Below are positions 6,521-18,401 of a DNA stretch of 31,100 bases, one piece after another. A program made the position numbers and the translations under genes. Numbering within the stretch: position 1 is the stretch's first letter; every line of letters starts with the position of its first letter. The notes below the pieces were generated by a model. That model was not told the origin of the DNA. It worked only from the letters and a program-made list of their open reading frames with translations, and searched no databases. Source of the DNA: Escherichia coli (GTDB lineage Bacteria; Pseudomonadota; Gammaproteobacteria; Enterobacterales; Enterobacteriaceae); NCBI RefSeq assembly GCF_003334765.1, contig NZ_QOWT01000040.1. One strand, written 5' to 3'.

Positions 6521-6553
6521 ATAGACTTCACTGAACTTCAATATATCAAAAAT

Positions 6554-6916
6554 TGGTGGAGCTGGCGGGAGTTGAACCCGCGTCCGAAATTCCTACATCC
6601 TCGGTACTACATGCTTAGTCAGTCTTTACATTCGCTTGCCAGCTGCGGACGGACACGCCACTAACAAACTAGCCTGATTAAGTTTTAACGCTTCAACCCC
6701 AGGCAGGGCTTCCACGCGATCTCTTTTGGGTTTGACCTCTCTTGATCCCCGTCCTAAGAGCGGAGGCTAGGGAGAGAGGGCTCTAAGCAGGTTATTAAGC
6801 TGCTAAAGCGTAGTTTTCGTCGTTTGCGACTATTTTTTGCGGCTTTTTACGAGGCCAACCGCCCCTCGGCATGCACCTTGGGTTTCGCAAATCCCGTCGA
6901 ATCCAGAATCAGCCCC
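6554..6916 (-). ncRNA. ssrA: tmRNA (SsrA), 363 nt
   Basis: The reverse complement reads GGGGCTGATTCTGGATTCGACGGGATTTGCG ... GGGTTCAACTCCCGCCAGCTCCACCA. The tag reading frame GCAAACGACGAAAACTACGCTTTAGCAGCTTAA (ANDENYALAA) is at 6795-6827. Confidence 0.97.
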
Positions 6917-6930
6917 AATGTGTAAAGGTA

Positions 6931-6960
6931 AGTATACCAGATTTATGAGCGCCATGACCA
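6931..6960 (-). promoter_or_regulatory. putative ssrA sigma70 promoter
   Basis: On the minus strand: TGGTCA (6955-6960), 18 nt, TATACT (6931-6936). The predicted start falls about 7 nt before the mature GGGGCTG 5' end, consistent with a short processed leader. Confidence 0.5.
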
Positions 6961-7130
6961 GCCTCAATGGCGTTATCGTTAAAGATTTAGCACCCATGTA
7001 GCCTGATTTTTATTCGATTAAGCAATGGGATGGCAACATTTGTGTCGGATGTGATAGCCAATAAGATGTTCATTCGCGCCGCCGGAGAGGGAGGCGCGGT
7101 GAGGAACTGGTCAATAATTGGAGTGCAGGT

Positions 7131-7613
7131 TTAACGGTGGGCGTTTTTCATGATACGTGCTTTATCCACCTGCCATTCGCGCTCTTTGATATCTGAACGT
7201 TTATCGTGCTGTTTCTTACCTTTGGCGACGCCGATTTTCACTTTGCACCAGGCATTTTTCCAGTACAGGGAGAGCGCCACTACGGTATAGCCTTCTCGAT
7301 TGACGCGACCGTACAATGAGTCCAGTTCGCGCTGGTTGAGAAGTAACTTGCGGGTACGGGTAGGATCGCACACCACATGCGTGGAGGCCACGGCCATTGG
7401 CGTGATGTTAGCGCCAAACAGAAATGCCTCTCCGTCACGCAGAAGGACGTAGCTGTCGCTGATATTGGCTTTTCCTGCGCGCAGGGATTTAACTTCCCAG
7501 CCTTGCAGGGCAAGTCCCGCTTCGAACTCTTCTTCGATAAAGTATTCGTGACGGGCGCGCTTGTTAAGCGCGATGGTCGCTGAACCAGGTTTATGTGCTT
7601 TTTTCTTCGTCAT
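7131..7613 (-). CDS. smpB: SsrA-binding protein SmpB
   Basis: 160-aa ORF beginning [33 protein letters not shown]..., recognised as SmpB. Adjacent to ssrA as in K-12. Confidence 0.97.
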
Positions 7614-7744
7614 AAGCGTCGTGAATCATCGGTAATCTGAAATCGAAAACACCCCATATCAATCCTGCGGGGGACAAGGCTCTATCTTAGCATGAACCCG
7701 ATGTTACCCAGCGCCGGGATAGCGTTTTTTTTACAGCAGGATAA

Positions 7745-8221
7745 ATGATATTATTTGTTGGATTTTTGTTGATGGAAATTGTTATGCCTCAGATTAGCCG
7801 GACCGCACTGGTACCCTACAGCGCGGAGCAAATGTATCAGTTAGTGAATGACGTTCAGTCTTATCCTCAGTTTTTGCCGGGTTGTACCGGAAGTCGGATT
7901 CTGGAGTCCACTCCTGGGCAGATGACTGCGGCGGTAGATGTCTCTAAGGCTGGGATCAGCAAAACGTTTACTACCCGCAACCAGTTGACCAGTAACCAAA
8001 GTATTCTTATGAATCTGGTGGATGGGCCGTTCAAGAAATTGATTGGTGGATGGAAGTTTACGCCGCTGAGCCAGGAGGCGTGTCGTATCGAGTTTCATCT
8101 CGACTTTGAGTTTACCAATAAGTTGATTGAACTCGCCTTTGGTCGCGTGTTTAAAGAGCTGGCGGCTAATATGGTCCAGGCTTTTACGGTTCGTGCGAAA
8201 GAGGTTTACAGTGCCAGGTAA
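7745..8221 (+). CDS. ratA: RatA/PasT (YfjG), SRPBCC-family ribosome-association protein
   Basis: 158-aa ORF beginning [34 protein letters not shown]..., recognised from K-12. Divergent from smpB. Confidence 0.9.
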   Translation: MILFVGFLLMEIVMPQISRTALVPYSAEQMYQLVNDVQSYPQFLPGCTGSRILESTPGQMTAAVDVSKAGISKTFTTRNQLTSNQSILMNLVDGPFKKLIGGWKFTPLSQEACRIEFHLDFEFTNKLIELAFGRVFKELAANMVQAFTVRAKEVYSAR

Positions 8222-8501
8222 AATTGCCGTTGAGGTGGCTTATGCGCTACCTGAGAAGCAGTACCTGCAGCGAGTGACGCTGCAGGAGGGCGCGACGGTT
8301 GAAGAAGCTATTCGCGCCAGTGGCTTGCTGGAATTGCGTACCGATATCGATTTAACTAAAAACAAAGTCGGCATTTACAGCCGTCCGGCAAAACTAAGCG
8401 ATAGTGTGCATGATGGCGATCGGGTGGAGATTTATCGCCCTCTCATTGCCGATCCGAAAGAGCTTCGCAGGCAACGAGCAGAAAAATCAGCGAATAAATA
8501 A
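8211..8501 (+). CDS. ratB: RatB (YfjF), UPF0125 family, 96 aa from GTG 8211
   Basis: The frame contains [27 protein letters not shown].... GTG 8211 is preceded by GAGG (8201-8204) and overlaps the ratA stop. The longer 124-aa ORF from 8127 is judged an artefact. Confidence 0.85.
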
Positions 8502-8507
8502 CAGACA

Positions 8508-8538
8508 GAAAAAAGGTGCTCATTGAGCACCTTTTTTA
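8508..8538. terminator. bidirectional terminator between ratB and bamE
   Basis: Stem AGGTGCTC (8514-8521) / GAGCACCT (8525-8532), flanked by an A-run on the left and a T-run on the right. Confidence 0.8.
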
Positions 8539-8562
8539 ACGTCTTTGAGAGCAACTTTATTA

Positions 8563-8904
8563 TTAGTTACCACTCAGCGCAGGTTTGTTATCAATATTGG
8601 TCAACACACCGCTACTGTTAAAGGTCAGCGTCAGCGTTTGCTGAGTTACACCTTCATGACCTGGTTGCTGGCGGAAGACATAGAACCAGGTATTCGTACC
8701 AAATGGATCGGACATCAGCGGTGTACCCAATGCGTACGCAACTTGTTGTTGCGTCATGCCAACACGTATTTTGGATACGTCGTTAGCGGTCAGATAGTTC
8801 CCCTGGTTGATGTCAGGACGGTAAACCACTCGCTCCAGAGTGGAACAGCCTGCGGTCAACATCAATAGTACTGCTGCTGCAGCAGTCAGCGTTTTACAGC
8901 GCAT
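8563..8904 (-). CDS. bamE: outer membrane protein assembly lipoprotein BamE (SmpA)
   Basis: 113 aa. Lipobox LTAGC in [38 protein letters not shown]..., recognised from K-12. Confidence 0.95.
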
Positions 8905-9052
8905 AGTGATTTGATTCCTTTTCGGGCCCGAGCAGTACGTGGCTCATCTGTAATATGCCGATGATAATAGACCTTTCATCACTTTAAAACCTTTTGCTTT
9001 CCGGTCTTACGGCGTTTTGCTGTTTACTCTGACCGTGAAGCAGGAAAAAAGT

Positions 9053-10714
9053 TTACGCTGCAAGCAGTTCTTTCGCATTCGCCAGTGTATTACGTGTGAC
9101 TTCACTGCCACCAAGCAGGCGCGCCAGCTCTTGTAACCGCGCTTTTTTATTCAGGGATTGCATATGCGTTTCTGTCATCGCACCATCGGTTTCTTTGCTG
9201 ACAAAATAGTGTTGATGACCACATCCCGCGACTTGTGGCAGGTGGGTAACACACATCACCTGAGTTGATTCGCCGAGTTGACGCAGCAGTTTGCCGACAA
9301 CTGCCGCTGTTGGACCGCTAATCCCTACATCCACTTCATCAAAAATCAGTGCCGGGGTTTCCATTTTACGCGCCGTGATGACCTGGATTGCCAGTGCGAT
9401 GCGGGACAATTCACCACCGGATGCGACTTTGGCAATAGGCTGCATTGGCTGACCTGGGTTGGTGGTTACCCGAAACTCAATACGATCGGCACCGTCAGCG
9501 CCCAGGTGATGCTCGTCAAATTTAACATCGATCGTAAACTGCCCATGCGGCATTGAGAGCGCATGCATACTGTCGGTGATCAGCTGTGCAAGTTCTTCTG
9601 CATATTGCTGGCGTTGTTGGTGTAATGCGCGCGCGATTTCCAGTGCCTGCTGATGATGTTTCGTTACCGCCAGCGCAAGCGTTTCTTGTGAGTCGGCCTG
9701 ATCGTCCAGTTGCTGCTGTTCTTCCAGTAGCGACTGGTAATACTGTGGCAATGCCTCAGGGCTGACGTGATGTTTACGTGCCAGCGAAATCTGTTTTGAG
9801 ATGCGCTGTTCAAGTTCAAATAGTCGGTTGGGATCGAGATCCAGACGATCGCAGTAGTGGCGCAGTTCATCGCTGGCTTCAGCAATCTGGATGGTAGCTT
9901 CTTCCAGCATATCAAGTACGCCGGACAGTTTGCTGTCCATGCCAATCAATTCGCTCACCAGTTGTTTAGCCGTGTAAAGCTGACTTTGCAGGTTTGCGTC
10001 TTCACCGTCGGCCATTAATGCCAATGCATTCTGGCTGGTGGTCAGCAATTGACCGCTGTTCGCCAGACGTTTGTACTCTTCGTCGATTTGTTCAAACTCT
10101 CCGGGCTGCGGATTAAATTCGTTAAGTTCTTTTAATTGGTATTGCAGCAGTTCCGCACGGGCGGCGCGTTCCTGACTTAACTGTTGATGATGCGCGAGGT
10201 CACGGCAGCTTTGATGCCACAACTGATAACGTGCGGTCATTTCCTGCAGTAGAGAGGTTTCATTGGCATAGCCATCAAGCAGGAATTTTTGGTGCTCAGG
10301 TTTGGTGAGTAATTGATGAGCGTGCTGACCATGGATCTGAATCAGCAACTGACCCAGTTCGCGCAGTTGTGACAGAGGAACAGCTGTACCGTTGATGAAA
10401 CCACGGGAGCGACCATCGCTGCTGATCACGCGACGAAGCAAACATTCATGCCCGTCTTCAAGCTGGTTTTCTTCCAGCCAGCGCAGAGCCGCTGGCGTAT
10501 CTTTCAGAGAAAAACGGGCGCACAGGTCAGCGCGAGCAGCGCCGGTACGCACCATGTCGGCTTCAGCGCGACCACCGAGACAAAGACCGAGGGCATCTAT
10601 TGCAATAGATTTACCCGCGCCGGTCTCGCCAGTTATTACGGTCATGCCGCTATGAAAATCAATCTCAAGCTCACGAACGATAGCAAAGTTGCTGATGGTC
10701 AGTTGTGCCAACAT
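9053..10714 (-). CDS. recN: DNA repair protein RecN
   Basis: 553 aa. N-terminal Walker A GETGAGKS. Sequence [20 protein letters not shown]... recognised. LexA boxes lie upstream. Confidence 0.97.
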
Positions 10715-10740
10715 AGTCGTTTTCCTGTATGAAAAACCAT

Positions 10741-10782
10741 TACTGTTATTGTGTACAGTATAAACTGGTTTTATATACAGTA
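10741..10782 (-). promoter_or_regulatory. two tandem LexA (SOS) boxes in the recN promoter
   Basis: TACTGTTATTGTGTACAGTA (10741-10760) and AACTGGTTTTATATACAGTA (10763-10782) both fit CTG-N10-CAG. Confidence 0.9.
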
Positions 10783-10799
10783 AAGAGGCTGGCGTAAAA

Positions 10800-11678
10800 T
10801 TAGAATAATTTTTTTGACCAGCCGAGCTTGGTGCTTAATGTGTTGAAATAACTGTAATCTTTCGGATGAATCAGATTCAGATGGTAATCACAGCGACGAA
10901 TCAGGACATCTTCACCTTCCTGAATCGGCAGTGCTATCTGGCTGTCGCAACTGATTTCCAGGTCGTTACGGCGATGCGAAAAACGCAGACGGATCGTGCT
11001 GCTGCTGTTTATGACCAGTGGTCGTGCTGACAACGTATGCGGGAACATGGGCACCAGGGTAATCGCATCCAGAGAGGGGGTCAGAATAGGACCGCCTGCA
11101 GAGAGGGAATAGGCGGTGGAGCCTGTTGGCGTCGAAATAATTAGTCCATCAGATCGCTGAGAAAACGCAAAGATCTCGTCGATATACACTTCGAACTCAA
11201 TCATATGCGCCACTTTGCCTGGATGAAGCACCACTTCATTTATCGCGGTGCTGATGCGTTTCTGGCAATCTTGCTGACAGACTTGCGCTTCCAGCAAAAA
11301 ACGTTTCTCGCTGATGTAGTGGCCTTCCAGCACATCGGCTAACTGTTGCTGGGCGTTATCGGGGTCAAGGTCAGTCAGGAAACCCAGGTTGCCACGGTTG
11401 ATTCCAATAACTTTAATATCGTAACGGGCGAGTGTGCGTGCCGCGCCCAGCATATTACCGTCGCCACCAACGACTACCGCGAGATCAGCTAGTTGCCCAA
11501 TCTCCGCGAGCGTGCCAGTTTTCACATTCTTCAGTTGCAGTTCGTGAGCGATTTGTTGCTCAACGATGACCTCGTAACCTTTTGTGCACAGCCAGCGGTA
11601 GAGCATTTCATGTGTTGTCAGTGCAGTGGGGTGCCGTGGGTGTCCCACAATGCCAATACACTTGAAATGATTATTCAT
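10800..11678 (-). CDS. nadK: NAD kinase
   Basis: 292 aa. GGDGN motif ([14 protein letters not shown]). N-terminus [17 protein letters not shown] recognised. Confidence 0.95.
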
Positions 11679-11724
11679 TTTTCCGAGGTCCTTGTTGCGA
11701 AGATTGATGACAATGTGAGTGCTT

Positions 11725-11756
11725 CCCTTGAAACCCTGAAACTGATCCCCATAATA
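11725..11756 (+). promoter_or_regulatory. sigma32 heat-shock promoter of grpE
   Basis: CTTGAAA (11727-11733), 13 nt, CCCCATAAT (11747-11755). This matches the sigma32 consensus CTTGAAA...CCCCATNT. Confidence 0.75.
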
Positions 11757-11767
11757 AGCGAAGTTAG

Positions 11768-12394
<627 letters not shown>

Positions 12395-12415
12395 TTTCTG
12401 CTTTCGTAATAATTC

Positions 12416-12447
12416 ACGGCCCTGCATGCGAATGCCGGGCCGTTTTC
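12416..12447 (+). terminator. grpE terminator
   Basis: Stem ACGGCCC (12416-12422) / GGGCCGT (12437-12443) with inner GCAT/ATGC pairing, followed by TTTT. Confidence 0.7.
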
Positions 12448-12448
12448 G

Positions 12449-13711
12449 TTACTCCGCCACACTCTCGCGCAGCGGTTTCACAGGAAAAACTTTTACCTGC
12501 TTAATCATATTGTCCTGTACGTCGAGAATATCGATATCGTACTCGCCAATACGCACGCGGGTGCCTGCGACAGGGATCTCTTCCAGTGCCTCAAGAATGA
12601 CGCCATTAACCGTGCGGGCATCATCTTCCGGTAGATGCCAGTTAAAGGCTTTGTTGATTTCCCGCACGTTGGCGGTGCCATCGATAATCACCGAACCGTC
12701 GTTTTGCGGCGTGACCTCTTCGGCAAGTGTTGGCGACATCGACGTAGTGAAATCGCCGACAATCTCTTCCAGAATATCTTCAACCGTCACCAGCCCCTGA
12801 ATGTCTCCATACTCGTTGACGACCAGGCCGACTTTCTTTTTGTTGCGCTGAAACTTTACCAACTGCGTGCTGAGCGGCGTACCTTCCGGCACAAAATAGA
12901 TCTCGTCCGCGGCGCGCAGCATGGTTTCTTTGGTGAACTCTTTTTTCTCCGACATCAACCGCCAGGCTTCACGTACTCGCAGCATACTGATGGCGTCGTC
13001 CAGCGAATCACGGTAGAGCACGATGCGCCCGTGAGGTGAGTGGGAGAGTTGGCGCAGAATCGATTTCCAGTCATCGTTGATATCAATACCGATAATTTCA
13101 CTGCGCGGCACCATGATGTCATCAACGGTCATTTTTTCCAGATCGAGCACCGACAGCAGCATATCCTGATTGCGACGGGAAATTTGTGAGCGTGATTCGT
13201 GCACGATAGTGCGCAACTCTTCTTTGCTCAAAGAGCCGCTAACCACGATATCGGTTTTGATACCCATCATGCGCATCAGCATACGGGTGATAGCATTCAG
13301 CAACCAGACCAGCGGCATCATCAAAATTTGCAGCGGAGCCAGCAGAAAACTACTCGGATAAGCGACTTTTTCCGGGTACAGCGCGGCAATGGTTTTCGGC
13401 AATACCTCAGCAAATACCAGTACGACAAAAGTCAGCACACCAGTCGCAATTGCCACGCCCGCATCGCCGTACAAACGCATCCCAACAATAGTGCCGAGCG
13501 CGGAGGCAAGAATATTGACCAGGTTATTGCCGATTAACACCAGGCTTATCAGGCGGTCTGGCTTACGCAGCAATTTTTCGACGCGTTTGGCCGAGCGATT
13601 ACCCTGTTTCGCCATATGTCGCAGACGATAGCGGTTGAGGGTCATCATTCCGGTTTCGGACCCGGAAAAATAGGCTGAAATGACCACCATGATGATCAGA
13701 ATAATGATCAA
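12449..13711 (-). CDS. yfjD: CNNM/CorB-type inner membrane protein YfjD (DUF21-CBS-CorC_HlyC)
   Basis: The 420-aa ORF is recognised from K-12 synteny and sequence. The N-terminal boundary is uncertain. TTG 13709-13711 is the ORF-track start. The frame stays open upstream, and a GGAG lies 6 nt before CTG 13733-13735. ATG 13688-13690 is the first internal ATG. Confidence 0.85.
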   Translation of the reverse strand: MIIILIIMVVISAYFSGSETGMMTLNRYRLRHMAKQGNRSAKRVEKLLRKPDRLISLVLIGNNLVNILASALGTIVGMRLYGDAGVAIATGVLTFVVLVFAEVLPKTIAALYPEKVAYPSSFLLAPLQILMMPLVWLLNAITRMLMRMMGIKTDIVVSGSLSKEELRTIVHESRSQISRRNQDMLLSVLDLEKMTVDDIMVPRSEIIGIDINDDWKSILRQLSHSPHGRIVLYRDSLDDAISMLRVREAWRLMSEKKEFTKETMLRAADEIYFVPEGTPLSTQLVKFQRNKKKVGLVVNEYGDIQGLVTVEDILEEIVGDFTTSMSPTLAEEVTPQNDGSVIIDGTANVREINKAFNWHLPEDDARTVNGVILEALEEIPVAGTRVRIGEYDIDILDVQDNMIKQVKVFPVKPLRESVAE

Positions 13712-13755
13712 CGTAGTAGTAGAAATGTGTTCCAGGGGAAACTCCTTTTCTGGGT

Positions 13756-14547
13756 TTAGCTGATTAACTGCTGGACAATTCGGCTGCCGAAGTAGGCCAG
13801 TGTCAGAATTACCGCGCCCGCAACGTTAAACCAGACGACGCGGCGTCCACGCCATCCTTCATGATAATGTCCCCACAGCAGCACAATATAGACAAACCAC
13901 GCCACGATAGAGAGCACAGCCTTGTCGATATTTTCCATGCTAAATAAGTTGTGCATGTAGAACAGGCCAGTGCAAAGCGTGAGCGTTAGCAGCACCACGC
14001 CAATCTGCGTGATGTGGAACATTTTACGCTCGATACTCATCAATGGCGGCATTTCCTGGTTAAACGCCAGCTTCTTGTTCTTCAGTTGGTAATCAATCCA
14101 CGCCAGTTGCAGCGCGTACAGGGCGGCGATAATTAGCGTGGCATAGGAAAAGAGCGATAAGCCAATGTGCACCAGCATCCCAGGCGTAGCTTCCAGATGG
14201 GTGATGTATTCATTGGGCATGAAGGTTGCCAGCGCCAGGTTGATAAGCGCAAAGGCATAGACAATGGGTAGCAGCAGCCAGCCACGATTGCGAGAAGCCA
14301 CAATGGTCATTACCGTACAGATCATCAAACTGACCAATGAACCAACGTTCAGCAGGCTGAGGTTTTGTCCGCTATCACCGTCGGGCAGGATGCGGGCTTC
14401 CAGAGCGATTGCGTGGCAGACCAGCGCAATGACCGCAGAAATAATAGCCATGCGCCGCCAGCCGCCGTTTTTTTGCAGCAGACCGGGAACAATCAGCGCA
14501 AGACTGACGGAGTAGGCGACAAGCGCGAGCAGAGCAAAAACGGGCAT
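13756..14547 (-). CDS. ypjD: inner membrane protein YpjD (CcsA/cytochrome c assembly-like), 263 aa from ATG 14547
   Basis: Multi-TM protein beginning MPVFALLALVAYSVSLALIVPGLL.... The ORF-track start at 14622 would add 25 aa. The K-12 length, from memory, supports 14547. Confidence 0.85.
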   Translation of the reverse strand: MPVFALLALVAYSVSLALIVPGLLQKNGGWRRMAIISAVIALVCHAIALEARILPDGDSGQNLSLLNVGSLVSLMICTVMTIVASRNRGWLLLPIVYAFALINLALATFMPNEYITHLEATPGMLVHIGLSLFSYATLIIAALYALQLAWIDYQLKNKKLAFNQEMPPLMSIERKMFHITQIGVVLLTLTLCTGLFYMHNLFSMENIDKAVLSIVAWFVYIVLLWGHYHEGWRGRRVVWFNVAGAVILTLAYFGSRIVQQLIS

Positions 14548-14713
14548 AGTGATGTCGACAGTTTGAGCAATAAGAAAGAGAAGCAGTATAGCGTCAGGTG
14601 AACGCTGCTCCAACCGTTGCATAACAACAAAGACGCCTTCATGTTATACTGCGGCAAAATACTGATGATGTGTCGCGATTGCGGCCAACCGTTTCCACCC
14701 CAGGCGAGAGACA

Positions 14714-16075
14714 ATGTTTGATAATTTAACCGATCGTTTGTCGCGCACGCTGCGCAATATCAGTGGCCGTGGACGCCTCACTGAAGACAACGTAAAAGAT
14801 ACGCTGCGCGAAGTGCGCATGGCGCTGCTGGAGGCGGACGTAGCTCTGCCGGTAGTGCGTGAGTTTATCAATCGCGTAAAAGAGAAAGCGGTTGGTCATG
14901 AAGTTAATAAGAGCCTGACGCCGGGGCAGGAGTTCGTCAAAATAGTCCGTAACGAACTGGTTGCGGCGATGGGCGAAGAGAACCAGACCCTGAACCTGGC
15001 TGCGCAACCGCCTGCGGTCGTACTGATGGCGGGCCTGCAAGGTGCCGGTAAAACAACCAGCGTTGGTAAACTCGGTAAGTTCCTGCGCGAGAAGCACAAG
15101 AAGAAAGTGCTGGTGGTTTCTGCCGACGTTTATCGCCCGGCGGCAATCAAACAGCTTGAGACGCTGGCAGAGCAGGTGGGCGTTGATTTCTTCCCTTCTG
15201 ATGTTGGTCAGAAGCCGGTAGATATCGTTAACGCGGCGCTGAAAGAAGCCAAACTGAAATTCTACGACGTGCTGCTGGTGGATACCGCTGGTCGTCTGCA
15301 CGTTGACGAAGCGATGATGGACGAGATCAAACAAGTCCATGCGTCGATTAACCCGGTTGAAACCCTGTTTGTGGTTGACGCCATGACCGGTCAGGATGCG
15401 GCCAATACGGCAAAAGCATTCAATGAAGCGTTACCGCTTACCGGCGTAGTGTTGACCAAAGTGGACGGCGATGCCCGCGGCGGTGCGGCGCTCTCTATTC
15501 GTCACATCACTGGCAAACCGATCAAGTTCCTCGGTGTTGGCGAGAAAACTGAGGCGCTGGAGCCGTTCCATCCGGACCGCATCGCGTCGCGTATTCTCGG
15601 CATGGGCGACGTACTGTCGCTGATCGAAGATATCGAAAGCAAAGTTGACCGCGCGCAGGCAGAGAAATTAGCCAGCAAGCTGAAAAAAGGTGACGGCTTC
15701 GATCTCAACGACTTTCTTGAGCAGCTGCGCCAGATGAAAAATATGGGCGGCATGGCTAGTCTGATGGGCAAGCTGCCGGGCATGGGGCAGATCCCGGATA
15801 ACGTCAAGTCACAGATGGACGATAAAGTGCTGGTGCGTATGGAAGCCATCATCAACTCGATGACGATGAAAGAGCGCGCTAAGCCAGAAATCATCAAAGG
15901 TTCGCGTAAACGCCGTATTGCTGCCGGTTGCGGTATGCAGGTGCAGGACGTTAACCGTCTTCTGAAACAGTTCGACGACATGCAGCGCATGATGAAGAAA
16001 ATGAAGAAGGGCGGAATGGCGAAGATGATGAGAAGCATGAAGGGTATGATGCCCCCAGGCTTCCCTGGTCGCTAA
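14714..16075 (+). CDS. ffh: signal recognition particle protein Ffh
   Basis: 453 aa. GTPase motifs GLQGAGKTT and DTAGR, plus a Met-rich C-terminal M domain. Confidence 0.97.
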   Translation: MFDNLTDRLSRTLRNISGRGRLTEDNVKDTLREVRMALLEADVALPVVREFINRVKEKAVGHEVNKSLTPGQEFVKIVRNELVAAMGEENQTLNLAAQPPAVVLMAGLQGAGKTTSVGKLGKFLREKHKKKVLVVSADVYRPAAIKQLETLAEQVGVDFFPSDVGQKPVDIVNAALKEAKLKFYDVLLVDTAGRLHVDEAMMDEIKQVHASINPVETLFVVDAMTGQDAANTAKAFNEALPLTGVVLTKVDGDARGGAALSIRHITGKPIKFLGVGEKTEALEPFHPDRIASRILGMGDVLSLIEDIESKVDRAQAEKLASKLKKGDGFDLNDFLEQLRQMKNMGGMASLMGKLPGMGQIPDNVKSQMDDKVLVRMEAIINSMTMKERAKPEIIKGSRKRRIAAGCGMQVQDVNRLLKQFDDMQRMMKKMKKGGMAKMMRSMKGMMPPGFPGR

Positions 16076-16220
16076 TCGGCCTGGCTTGTTTGCCATTTTG
16101 GCACCGGGATGTGCTCGTCATCCTCACGTACTGCGTGTACGCTCCGGTGACTGCGCGCACTCCGGCACCAAACTGGCTGCACCGCCGACGGCCTTTTACA
16201 GCAGAGTTAGCAACTGTTGA

Positions 16221-16572
<352 letters not shown>

Positions 16573-16590
16573 TCTGTCACGGTGGTCATG

Positions 16591-17139
16591 ATGAGCAAAC
16601 AACTCACCGCGCAAGCACCTGTTGATCCCATCGTTTTGGGAAAAATGGGTTCGTCTTACGGTATTCGTGGGTGGCTCAGAGTGTTTTCTTCCACCGAAGA
16701 CGCCGAAAGCATTTTTGACTATCAGCCCTGGTTTATCCAGAAGGCGGGTCAGTGGCAGCAAGTCCAGCTGGAAAGCTGGAAGCACCACAATCAGGACATG
16801 ATCATCAAGCTGAAAGGCGTTGACGATCGTGATGCGGCGAACCTGCTGACGAATTGTGAAATTGTCGTGGATTCATCGCAGCTGCCTCAGCTTGAAGAGG
16901 GGGACTACTACTGGAAAGACCTGATGGGCTGCCAGGTAGTAACCACTGAAGGCTACGATCTCGGTAAAGTCGTCGATATGATGGAAACCGGATCTAATGA
17001 CGTTCTCGTCATTAAGGCAAACCTGAAAGATGCGTTTGGTATCAAGGAACGTCTCGTACCGTTCCTCGATGGGCAGGTTATCAAGAAAGTCGATCTCACT
17101 ACTCGTTCAATCGAAGTAGATTGGGATCCTGGTTTTTAA
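16591..17139 (+). CDS. rimM: 16S rRNA processing protein RimM (182 aa)
   Basis: [33 protein letters not shown].... The start was chosen at the third in-frame ATG, to match the K-12 length from memory. Confidence 0.9.
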
Positions 17140-17169
17140 ACCACCGGATAAACGGTAAAAGACGGCGCT

Positions 17170-17937
17170 ATGTGGATTGGCATAATTAGCCTGTTTCCTG
17201 AAATGTTCCGCGCAATTACCGATTACGGGGTAACTGGCCGGGCAGTTAAAAATGGCCTGCTGAGCATCCAGAGCTGGAGTCCTCGCGACTTCACGCATGA
17301 CCGGCACCGTACCGTGGACGATCGTCCTTACGGCGGCGGACCGGGGATGTTAATGATGGTGCAACCCTTGCGGGACGCCATTCATGCAGCAAAAGCCGCG
17401 GCGGGTGAAGGCGCAAAGGTGATTTATCTGTCACCACAGGGACGCAAGCTTGATCAAGCGGGCGTCAGCGAACTGGCAACGAATCAAAAATTGATTCTGG
17501 TGTGCGGTCGCTACGAAGGTATAGATGAGCGCGTGATCCAAACCGAAATTGACGAAGAATGGTCAATCGGCGATTACGTTCTCAGTGGTGGTGAGTTACC
17601 AGCAATGACGCTGATTGACTCCGTTTCCCGGTTTATTCCGGGAGTACTGGGACATGAAGCCTCGGCAACGGAAGATTCCTTTGCTGAAGGATTGCTGGAT
17701 TGCCCGCACTATACGCGGCCTGAGGTGTTAGAAGGGATGGAAGTTCCGCCAGTGTTACTGTCGGGCAACCATGCCGAGATACGTCGCTGGCGTTTGAAAC
17801 AGTCGCTGGGCCGTACCTGGCTTAGAAGACCTGAACTTCTGGAAAACCTGGCTCTGACTGAAGAGCAAGCAAGGTTGCTGGCGGAGTTCAAAACGGAACA
17901 CGCACAACAGCAACATAAACATGATGGGATGGCGTAA
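17170..17937 (+). CDS. trmD: tRNA (guanine37-N1)-methyltransferase TrmD
   Basis: 255 aa beginning [31 protein letters not shown]..., recognised. Confidence 0.97.
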
Positions 17938-17975
17938 GCCCCCGAGATATCAGTTTACCCAGGATAAGAGATTAA

Positions 17976-18326
<351 letters not shown>

Positions 18327-18356
18327 GATTTCGCTTAAGCGACATCCTGTTAAGAA

Positions 18357-18386
18357 GGGCTGGCCAATTGGCTGGCCCTTTTTTAT
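18357..18386 (+). terminator. rplS operon terminator
   Basis: GGGCTGGCCAA / TTGGCTGGCCC hairpin (two G-U pairs), followed by TTTTTT. Confidence 0.8.
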
Positions 18387-18401
18387 CTGTTTGCTGGTGT
18401 T

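Noticed and set aside
6388-6531. N-terminal extension of the integrase ORF to 457 aa
   Set aside because: The extension (MKSIKPAWNQPCGLFYVYSS...) reads through the ssrA terminator hairpin and has no integrase homology. A GAGGG Shine-Dalgarno precedes the internal ATG at 6385-6387, which gives the typical P4-integrase N-terminus.
14726-16038. Minus-strand ORFs (204 aa, 178 aa and smaller) opposite ffh
   Set aside because: Antisense shadows of ffh.
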